Under the pieces are notes generated by a model. It was not told the DNA's origin. It did no database searches and saw nothing but the letters and a program-made list of their open reading frames with translations. DNA of 64,000 nt, taken from NCBI GenBank assembly GCA_951406725.2, contig OX597822.1:72664001-72728000 (forward strand), in the 5' to 3' direction. Shown piece by piece: positions 52,915 through 64,000 of the stretch. Positions within the stretch are counted from its first letter, which is position 1, and each line of letters begins with the position of its first letter. The stretch comes from Octopus vulgaris. Taxonomy: Eukaryota. A program made the translations under genes and the position numbers.

Positions 52915-53004
52915 CATATATATATTAAACATTTTATCAAGTAGAAAAATGATGAAATTGTTGTAGCAACAGACATTGGCATCATCTAATAAGCTGTAAT
53001 ATTA

Positions 53005-53158
53005 AACAAAGAAGAAGTAGATGAGGAGGAGGTGGGGATAAAAAGAAGATGATGATGATGAGGTGGGGAAGAAGAAAAAGAAGAAGAAGGGGGAGTAGGG
53101 GGAGGGGGTCGAAGATGAATAACAGAAGAAGAAGAAGAAGAAGAAGAAGAAGAAGAAG

Positions 53159-53190
<32 letters not shown>

Positions 53191-53430
53191 GAAGAAGAAG
53201 AAGAAGAAGAAGAAGAAGAAGACGAAGACGATGATGATGTCAACGGCAATGATTACAATTACGACGACGACGATGCTGCTGCTGCTGCTACTGATAATGA
53301 TGATGATGATGACAATGATGTTAGCGACAACAATGAAGTGGATAACTATGATCATGATGACAATGATAATGATAACTCCAAAGGAGGAGACGATGATTAT
53401 GAGGTTGATAAGTATAACTGCTATGATGAG
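53005..53430. repeat. (GAA)n plus degenerate (GAT)n tract
   Basis: About 32 GAA units at 53124-53220 flanked by GAT-rich sequence. Confidence 0.9.
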
Positions 53431-53736
53431 GTCTTGCCTTGTATAAATCTAATTTTTGTTTCCTTACCAAAAGCTATTTTATTTTATGATTTCCCCTATT
53501 GAGTAGCCTTCGCTGTTTCCCCTTTTTGGTTATGCTTTATTTATACGCTATGCACAGGTCGCATTTATTCATATATTTGTATATCTCATTGCTTACATAA
53601 GCTATACCAACCTCACTCATTGGCCTTCATTTACCTTTATTCGCTCTCTGTCTCATCTTTCTGAACCTCTTTAAATCTATATTGTTTTACACACTTATCT
53701 GTTTATTTCCTGCTCTTTCTCACTTTCTATCGAAAT

Positions 53737-54335
<599 letters not shown>

Positions 54336-54460
54336 TCTGTCTCACTCTGATCCTATATACATTTATCACTCTCCAACACCAATTTTGCTATGTTACACGA
54401 TTACATTTCTGTCTCTCACTAGCATATTCTACATTACCATTCATCTCCCGCCCTGACATG

Positions 54461-54503
<43 letters not shown>

Positions 54504-54680
54504 AATCTTAATCTTTCTGTGTTTTGTATGCACACACACGAATATATAAAGCATATAAATGTAGCACCACTTAAAACTTTCTGTATTTTACCAATATAAT
54601 TGTTTTGTCTATTTACGTCCACCTGAAAACCAGCGCCAGCAGCAGCCATCCTTTGCTACATATGTATGTATGCATGTATG

Positions 54681-54770
<90 letters not shown>

Positions 54771-54900
54771 TAGATTTATAGATTTATAGATTTATAGATA
54801 GATATGGGTTTCTTTAAATTTGAACAATATATACATATGTATCATACGCATATGATATATATGCATGTATTACGGTTGTATGTTTATATATATGTATATA

Positions 54901-54941
<41 letters not shown>

Positions 54942-54951
54942 GCATACATAC

Positions 54952-55002
<51 letters not shown>

Positions 55003-57139
55003 CATACATACATACATACATACATACATACATACATACATACATACATACATACATACACATATATATTGTTCATATTTACAGAAAACATCTATCTATC
55101 TCTATCTCCTCTCTCTGTGTCTCTCTCTCTATATATATATACATATATATACATAAATACATACATGCATATACGAATATATGCGTGTGTGTGCCTGTGT
55201 GTACACACACATATATATATATATATGTATATATATGTTTGTGTGTGTGTGTGTGTACAAATATGCATATATATGCATGTATGCACATATATTGCCTATT
55301 GCATAGTTCGATAGTTTCATGTGCACATGTAGATTTGTTCCTAATTGATTTGTACGTAGCTGCATGTGATTATAAAAGCTGATCATATACATAGCGCCCA
55401 CAAAATTACACACTTGCGCACGCGTGCACTCACATGCACAAATATCCATCCTTATATACATACATCCGTACACTCACATATATCCGTATGTAATACACAC
55501 ACAATCACTCTGTCTCTCTGTCTGTCTCTCTGTTTCTCTCTCATACACACACATACAAATATGATTTTATGTACGTGTTCATTCAGAGAAACTACAATAT
55601 TTGCCTGCACTTGATTTATGAAAAATATGCGTAGCAATTTGGAAAGTAATTTCCAATTTCAGTAACCACATTACTCTTGTTTCGCTGCATTTTCAACAGA
55701 GGCCCACGAAATGCAGTTCCCGTTATGTATATGTGTGTTTGTCTTGAATAAACTCATATTAAAGGCACACAATTTCGATTTGAGACGAATTGTTAACGGT
55801 TGAGTTGATATATACCATTTATTGATCTTATGCATTTTACTTCTGGACATAGTTGCTGTGTCAGACGAAGTCTGACACAAGGTTAATTAAAACTGGTAAA
55901 GACAGACAAATAGTTGTGCGTATTAACACATTCTACACGATATATTCTCAAGATTGGGCAACATTAGACGAATCATTTAGCAAGATAATATTTGATATTT
56001 TTGTTTTTCGAACCCCCGATTTTACGCGATAAAGGATTTAGTTAATGTATGTAATGTTGCTTTGAACATATTAAAAGATCATAATTTCTCTGTTTTTCTA
56101 TGTCATTAGATATTTAAATGAAATTAACTAGTTTTGAAATTTTCGCTATTATTGAAGTGGCAGGAATCTTAGAATCGTGGGAAAATATATTTAGCACCAA
56201 TTAAAGCTAATCCATCGAGGCTAGCTTTGATTTTAAAATCCTCTAGGGTCGATAAATTACAATGCCAGTCAAATTACTGGTTTTGTGCCCAAATTAGAAA
56301 CGAATCGTAATAGGGTCTTGCAGTATTTCGTTCTGGTGCCTTTATTCTCATTTCAAATTCCGCCATGATCGTACGTTGCTTTTCATTGTCTTACTATCGA
56401 TAAGATAAGGTGTTAATCCAAATTCTTGCGTCGATGCACTTGCTCAAGCTTCATAATGTCTCTTCAATTTTGCTGCCCTTGCTCTTAAATTAGAAAACAA
56501 CTGCTACTATTACTAATACTGCTCTTGTCATTGTTATTATTTTTGTAATTGTCATTATTATTCAGTGATTACTACAAGCTAATTTCATTAGCGGTGATTT
56601 TCCCTGGGTTTTTGGTGACAACAAGTTTCCTGAGATGTGAAGAAGCGTTCTTCCGATTCTCGCAGAATAAAGAATGGCAATTAAATGATGGGAATATGTA
56701 TCTCAGTTCCAGTATCTTGCAGTAGCTTGGGTGATTTGTTGGGTAAACCACAAGACTTCGATCGACCTGAGAATATGCTATTATTAAATGCTTTATGCCT
56801 TGGTAAATCACGGTGGAATCGAGCCCGGAACCATATAGTTATGAACCGAATTAATAAATGAGGCATTCATTTCTGATGTTCTTGTAAGGGTCAGAATTTG
56901 ACAATTTCTGTATCGAATCATTCAACGCATAAAGAATACATTTACAATAGAAAGATTAAGAAGAATTTTAAAAGAGAAAATTTAAGAGAAGACGTTAAAA
57001 TTTATTATAATGCATTTTGTAATCAATGGTAACCAAAGAAGGACATCTTGTGTTAATTACAAAGAATACTCATTCACAACAGTTATTGAAACTAGAAAAA
57101 TATTTTAAAATCCATTCAAGATTATAAACGTAAATGCAT

Positions 57140-57586
57140 CTAAAGATATCGATTTCAAATGTTGTCACAAGGCCAGTGATTTTGGGGGAAGGTTGTAAGT
57201 CGATTACATCGATCTCAAGGATCGACTGGTACTATTTCATCGACCCAGAAAGGATAAAAGGCAAAATCGACTTCGGCTGTATTTGAACTCCGTACATAAA
57301 GACGGATGAAATGCTGCTACACTAGCTGTCTGCCCTGCGTGCTAATGATTCTTATTTCTATATCGCCCACAAGGTGCTAAACATAGAGGGGACAAACAAG
57401 GATAGACAAACGGATTAAGTCGATTGTATCGACTCCAGTGCGTAACTGATGCGTATTTAATCGACCCCGAGAGGATGAAAGGTAAAGCTGACCCTGGTGG
57501 AATCAGAACTCAGAACGCAGCGGCAAACAATACACTGGTAAGCATTTCGCCCGGCATGCAAACGATTCTGCCAGCTCGCCGCCTTA
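57140..57586 (-). mobile_element. SINE family B dimer
   Basis: Two units joined at GCTAATGATTCTTATTTCTA (57341-57360). Imperfect flanking repeat AATGCAT..AAA.ATAT. Confidence 0.85.
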
Positions 57587-58074
57587 ATGCATTAAAAAAT
57601 ATTAAAAACACAAATATTTAATTTTCTACACAAATGTTCGATATGATGAATTGATCCCCTCTTCAGAAGCGGACGTATTAATGATTTCACAGGCATGTAA
57701 ATGGGAATAGTAATGGTTTAATGGCTTTCAAAAGGACACAGCAGAGTGGACGAGACAGCGATGTTCAGATTTCGAATACTTATCATATTGAATTTCCTAA
57801 TTACTCAAAGTCTTATTCTAGATTCTCTCCAACAAAGCGTGTATAAATTTTTATGATGCTCGATAGTAGATATCTTTTGAGCGTTACTTGAAATGTTTTG
57901 AGGAACGTCCAGGTATCTTCTGATCTGAAAAAGCGTATATTTTATCCTTCCGATATATAACTAAAATAACTAAATACCAGTTTAAAACTCAGGATTTGGT
58001 AACATCGACTATTCTTCAGGGATGAGTGACTCTCAATATCACTTAGACTTTATTATTTTACTGTGGAATCTCGA

Positions 58075-58680
58075 GTCTGTGGGTAACTCCAAATATATTG
58101 TTTTTATTTTGATTCCCTTTGAAGTTACTCTTATTCGTGTTTTGGGCTTTAACTGCCTTTTCTAGCATGTGAGGTCACCTTTTTCGTGTATAAATATGTG
58201 AATCGTTTGTACACTATTATATATGAAAATATGTTGTCTATTGACTTCATTATATTTATCATTACCTTTATTATTACCTTTATTATTTCCACAGTAAAAT
58301 TTCCGTAGTTTCGAAGCTTTTCTGGTACGCAGTAACTGCGTTTGCGCAGTGGATATGAAAATTATAATGTATAAGTATGTAGTACGTTTATTTTCGGTGC
58401 TATTTGCTGCATAAATATGCATTGATCTTAGCGCCCTCACCGATGAAGTACGGGTGGCAACTTAATTTATTTTGCACATTGATACAGAACTTAAATCTGA
58501 GGGTAACAACCAAAATATTTTTTTATTTTCATTTCCCTTGAAATTGCCCTTATACGTGGTTTGAGATTTAACCGCCCGTTCTAGCATGTAAGGTGTCCTG
58601 TTAAAGGTCACCTCTTTCGTGTATAAATACGTAAATTGTATGTACACTATTTTCTATGAAAATATGTTGTCTATTGGCTA
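58075..58680 (+). repeat. Diverged direct repeat (58075-58248 vs 58495-58680)
   Basis: Shared TCTG.GGGTAAC, TCTAGCATGT, AGGTCACCT.TTTCGTGTATAAATA and ATGAAAATATGTTGTCTATTG blocks; period about 420-430 bp. Confidence 0.8.
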
Positions 58681-59035
58681 TATCACGTATGCTGGCCACC
58701 GGTCTGAAATTTTTTCTAAATTTTCTACCCTTATTATTTTCAAGCTGGGGCACCGCCTTGAAAGTTCTACTTGAATAAATCGACACCGCGCATATATACT
58801 ACTGGTTTATGTCAGTCTTCAACTACGAAATCCTTTCATAATGTCTTGGTCGGCCCGAATCTATACTAGGAAATACTTGTCGAAGGTCGCACACAGTGGG
58901 ACTGAACAGGATGCATGAGGTTTAAGAAGCAGGCATCTTACCAGACAGTCACACCTGCGGCTTTTTCTATACATATATACATACACATATACCTACATAC
59001 AAACATACGGACACGCACACACATCCACATACGCA

Positions 59036-59081
<46 letters not shown>

Positions 59082-59171
59082 AGTTCAGTAAAATTCAGTT
59101 GAATATGGTACTTAAGTTAAAGGCACCAGAATTTAGTATGGTGTTATCCATATAATTCAAAATGGGGTGAT

Positions 59172-59243
59172 TATAATCAAAATAAGCAACAAGAATATCC
59201 AGAGGTAATGCATTACCTCTGGATATCCTTGTTGATTATTTTG

Positions 59244-59249
<6 letters not shown>
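59172..59249. repeat. Spacer-less palindrome, 39-bp arms
   Basis: TATAATCAAAATAAGCAACAAGAATATCCAGAGGTAATG|CATTACCTCTGGATATCCTTGTTGATTATTTTGATTATA, with 2 mismatches. Confidence 0.95.
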
Positions 59250-59280
<31 letters not shown>

Positions 59281-59282
<2 letters not shown>

Positions 59283-59492
59283 CGGGAAGCTTTATGAAAA
59301 TAAACAAAAGACGATAGCAGGTGGAGTACAAACAAACAATTGTATTAGCATGGCGCTCAGGAATATAAATAAAACAAGTCTTTTACGTTTCGAGCCTACG
59401 CTCTTCAAAAGAAACGATACACAGAAAAGAAACACGGAGAGAAACAAGGAGAGAAAAAATGCGTGCCTGAAGTTAGCGATTCAACATGGCGA
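59281..59492 (-). mobile_element. Solo PLE pseudo-LTR with hammerhead motif (59380-59414), flanked by (TA)n
   Basis: Colinear with 49997-50185 (AAAAGACGA..AGGT..TATTAG..AAGTCTTTTA..TTCGAGCCTAC.CTCTTCAA..CATGGCG). Minus strand reads TTT-CTTTTGA-A-GAGC-GTAG-GCTC-GAAA-CG-TA-AAAG. Confidence 0.78.
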
Positions 59493-59560
<68 letters not shown>

Positions 59561-60059
59561 TATAGACTGAAATGTAGGTTTATCGAGATTCACCAATATA
59601 TAAGACTCTCAGTAGTAGCAAAATATAATCCTTTGCAATAAAGGAAAGACACGTTAAGAACGTCACAGTAGGCGCATAGCCTCACGTGCAGGCGCGCTCT
59701 AAAATACATGCGCACTAGTAATAAACTTTACAGAAAACCCATCACTGAAATGATGAGAAGTATATTCACAGTGAAGGGTTTAATAAATCAATTAATTATG
59801 AAAACAATAATGGATTTTGAATTTATAACAAGTGAGTAAGGTTATAATTGCCAAGCTGACTCTCCCAAAATAAACGAATATCTGATTCAACACACGGTTT
59901 TACATGAATGGTCAAAAGTATTAAATGTGCATATCTTTATTAAACTTGTGTCACTTACTAAGACTATTAGCAATTTATTCGAGCTTCGAAATGATTAGAT
60001 GACGTGTTTGATGACTTTTTTCTAACTGAAAAGAAATATCAGTAAATTCCATGTATGCA

Positions 60060-60239
<180 letters not shown>

Positions 60240-60674
60240 TATACAATATATGAATATACAAATTTACATACACATAGACACATACCAACGTGTACGAATT
60301 AATATATTTATTATATATTTATATTCTGTAGTAGTAGTAGTTGTAGTAGCAGTAGTAGTAGTAGCAATAGTAGTAGTAGTAGCAGTACTAGAGCACTAGT
60401 GTTGGCGTTGGTAGCGGTGGCAATATCAACAGCCTTCAATAATACCAATGATACATTTACTAAACAAGTATCTGCTTTATAATCGCGAGAAAGACAGCAA
60501 AATGATCAAAAGTAATCTTATGTGAAGCTAAAACTGAACAACCATATTCAGTCTGATCTGACGTTTGCTTCGTGTTTTGTTTAATGATACAACCCAACTA
60601 ATTATTTACCAATTACACACTAATTGTATATATATATATATATATATATATGATAGATATGATAGATAAATATA

Positions 60675-60747
<73 letters not shown>

Positions 60748-60822
60748 ATGCATGTATATATATATGTGAGATATGATAGATAGATAAATATATGTATATA
60801 TATAAATATATATGTATGCATG

Positions 60823-60887
<65 letters not shown>

Positions 60888-61103
60888 GTAGTGAGGACAG
60901 ATTTTGATCAGTTAACTTTATAAATTAGGCATGTTTTTGATTAGCAGAGATCGTTAGATGTAGGACGTTAATCGGTTTTCCTGCAATATTTTTACGTTTA
61001 TATGTTGTTTTTCTACTTTTCTGTTTATGCTTTCATATTCATATACATGTCTACATACATACATACACACCCACACACACCCGCCCTCACATACACACAC
61101 ACA

Positions 61104-61144
<41 letters not shown>

Positions 61145-61201
61145 GTATGTGTGTATATATACATATATATTCATTTTTCATAGCATTTTTCCCGATGGCC
61201 G

Positions 61202-61262
61202 GATAACTAAAGAGATGACGGCGTGGATTTCCACCCCGACATCCGAAACTCGGAGTTTTATC
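61202..61262 (+). ncRNA. Type-I hammerhead ribozyme motif (G5>A variant)
   Basis: GATAA-CTAAAGA-GATGACGGCGTGG-ATTT-CCACCCCGACATC-C-GAAA-CTCGGAG-TT-TTATC. Stem I GATAA/TTATC, 13-bp stem II with 2 mismatches, near-palindromic stem III, GUU triplet. Lies in a ~130-bp island between TA tracts. Confidence 0.72.
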
Positions 61263-61299
61263 ATGGCTACTGAAGAATTTTAACATATTACATTTACAG

Positions 61300-61338
<39 letters not shown>

Positions 61339-61857
61339 CATATGTCTTTGTGTAAAGTGTATGTATGTGTATCAATAGACTTAACTCTCGCTACATATAT
61401 ACATATGGGTAAGTGCATTGTTTTGTATGCTCGAAAACTTCACACACACACACACTCACACACAGACACATATATGCACACACACATAGGGAAAGTGTGA
61501 GATAGATACATAGATAGATTAATAAATGTGTGCGCATATATATACATGCGCATACATGCATACAGACTCAAACTAATTTTTTCTGTACGCATATGAAGAT
61601 ATGCTTATATTTTGATAACTATTGCCGGAAGAATAACATCAATGAGGCTCCATATTCTAGTATTTAAAGAAGACAACTGAATTAGCAGTGACGTATAAGT
61701 ATGCAAAATTGCCAAAATATGTAACAAATATTATCGTTTAAGCATATTTACTCCGCTCTGTAGCGCGAAATATGAAAGTAAATTCATTGGTCTTTCTCGT
61801 TGCTATATGCTTTGATTATTAGATGGATGAGAAAAAAACTACGTTACCAGTATATAT

Positions 61858-62315
61858 ATAAGTTATATTAAATCTATGAGCGGTAGATAAACATTAACAG
61901 TATGGACTAAAAAAATAAATTTGCCAACTAAATGTGGCGTTCCTATAGAGGACGGTGTTACTGTTGTTTTTAGCACCAAGAAGACATCTAGAACTGGCCA
62001 ACGACACAGTCTGTGTCCGATTAGTATTTGTGAGGGAGGTCATCGCTCCCATGTAGCCTTACGGGATGCACATAGACCCGGGTTTCTGAGTGGTTACCCA
62101 TCTTCAGAGTGTGTTAATCACTAGCTATTGATAAAGAACTCGTTCCACTCGCAAAATACATTCTTTTTTCTAGCGACACACTTACGCTGATCTCGTAAAG
62201 AGAGAGATAAGTTATATTAAATCACCGAGCGGGAGTTAAACAATAACAGTACGGAATCGTAAAATAAATTTGCCAACTAAATGTGGCGTTCCTATAGAGG
62301 ACGGTGTTACTGTTG
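61858..62315 (+). repeat. Direct repeat of about 105 bp (61859-61966 and 62208-62315)
   Basis: TAAGTTATATTAAATC...AAAATAAATTTGCCAACTAAATGTGGCGTTCCTATAGAGGACGGTGTTACTGTTG occurs twice, about 349 bp apart. The last ~55 nt are identical. Confidence 0.88.
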
Positions 62316-62567
62316 CATTAGGCAATACCTTTGTATGGTATTTATTCCCATGCTGGCCACTTGATAATATCGATATTATCCTTATTTATAAATTGATATA
62401 TATACATATATATATATACATACATACATATATATATATATACATATATATATACATATATATATACATAAATATATATACATATATATATACATATATA
62501 TATATATACTTATATATATATATATATATATATACATATATATATACATATATATATACATATATAC

Positions 62568-62671
<104 letters not shown>

Positions 62672-62680
62672 ATTAGTGAA

Positions 62681-62800
62681 GAGGCGCAATTGCCCAGTGG
62701 TTAGGGCAGCGGACTCGCGGTCGTAGGATCACGGTTTCGATTCCCAGACCAGGTGTTGTGAGTGTTTACTGAGTGAAAACACCTAAAGCTCCACGATCCC
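62681..62800 (+). mobile_element. SINE family C, 5' portion
   Basis: GAGGCGCAATTGCCCAGTGGTTAGGGCAGCGGACTCGCGGTCGTAGGATCACGGTTTCGATTCCC matches 2090-2210 in reverse. Confidence 0.85.
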
Positions 62801-63278
62801 CGGTAAGGGGACCTTCCAGAAATCTTTTGACTAATGACCGTTTATGCAATGGATGCATTTCCATTATAAATTTCGCAAGTCTGGATCATACGTATTAAAC
62901 GATTTCAATAGTTTAATATTGGGACGTACATATTTATGTTACAATAATGAAGTTACCCCGAAATAATGAATGCAAGGAAAGTCTACATTGATATATATAT
63001 ATATATTTATATATAACACATTAAGCACAGGACATCACCAACGAGCGAAAAAGCAATCTAATTCCTTCTCAGTGGTCGAATCTTTATTACTCCAAATTCG
63101 AAATGGGGAGTAACAAACAGTCGACAACGGAGGAGGCGTTAGATTTGTATTGGCGTTTTGTCCCGTACTTGTCTCTCGTTATGTGTTTAGTATTTTTTAA
63201 CTCGTTGTTGATGTCCTATCCTTAATGTCTATTTTGTTATTTATATATAATCGAACGAAGCCTTGTCCACAGTAAGGT

Positions 63279-63314
<36 letters not shown>

Positions 63315-64000
63315 TTTATCTTTTAATAAAAGTATTATGCAGCTTAAAATTTCCAACTTCTCTACTTCGGTATCTCACTTTAAGAACCATTTCATCAATT
63401 TGTGATGAACTAATCCAATATTTTCTCTTCGTTATGTTGACTTGTACTTTCCATTTATACATAAATAGGATAACCAGAATTTCTTTTGCATTTACTTTGT
63501 AACTGTAGTCACATACACATAAAGCTATCTCTTTTTCTTATTCCGTTTCTCTGTTAAAGTTGTGAGTGCGAGTTGAAGATATACAGATCACATTACTTCG
63601 CACAATTTACAGCATAGTATAAGACACCTTCTGTTAAATATGAATCAAAGTGCCTTCTGGCAAATATTGACAGGTCAATCAGTAATTAATGATTCAATTA
63701 ATATTTGAGAATAATATTTGGGAAGTACAACCAGTGGCAAATTGATTCTTCCCAAACATACATTACTCTCTGTTTTATATCTTGCTCTAACAAATAACGC
63801 AAAAGAGTGGAAATCCTAAAATTACTCTTCCACCATATTGGACATTACAACTCGTTATAGCGCTACTTCTGACAGTTATGTGACATAAAATTAATTTTGT
63901 TTCTTATGAGCAGGAATATAGTAGAGGGAATATTCAATAATCCGATGGAGTTTCAAATAAATATGCTCCACTACCTATATTAAATATTCTTTCCCTCGTA

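Noticed and set aside
62681-62770. Functional tRNA gene (also 2130-2210 and 37052-37125)
   Set aside because: A and B boxes are present, but I cannot fold a proper acceptor and anticodon stem, and the sequence continues into a repeat body. These are SINE-type heads.

Overview
AT-rich, microsatellite-saturated eukaryotic DNA. The repeat landscape (tRNA-headed SINEs, Penelope-like fragments inside (TA)n tracts) looks like an octopus or other coleoid cephalopod genome; this is an inference from repeat style, not a database match. I find no intact host protein-coding gene, rRNA or true tRNA. Nearly all listed ORFs are translated microsatellites, so the window is probably a large intron or intergenic region. 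It contains: (i) at least 3-4 tRNA-derived SINE families, one of which forms tandem or nested dimers with target-site duplications; (ii) decayed Penelope-like elements (PLEs), including a 5'-truncated RT + GIY-YIG copy at about 14.8-17.5 kb with an inverted pseudo-LTR, and an endonuclease-deleted RT fragment at about 50-50.9 kb; (iii) an R4/Dong-type RLE LINE fragment abutting (TAA)n and a CR1-group LINE 3' remnant; (iv) Tc1/mariner remnants and a complete non-autonomous Helitron. The most interesting signal is a dense set of type-I minimal hammerhead-ribozyme motifs from about five unrelated sequence families. They sit in short PLE pseudo-LTR-like pieces next to TA/CA microsatellites, several have non-canonical cores, and one is split between two inverted copies. 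Hammerheads in PLEs are known; the local diversity and the variant cores are what deserve checking.
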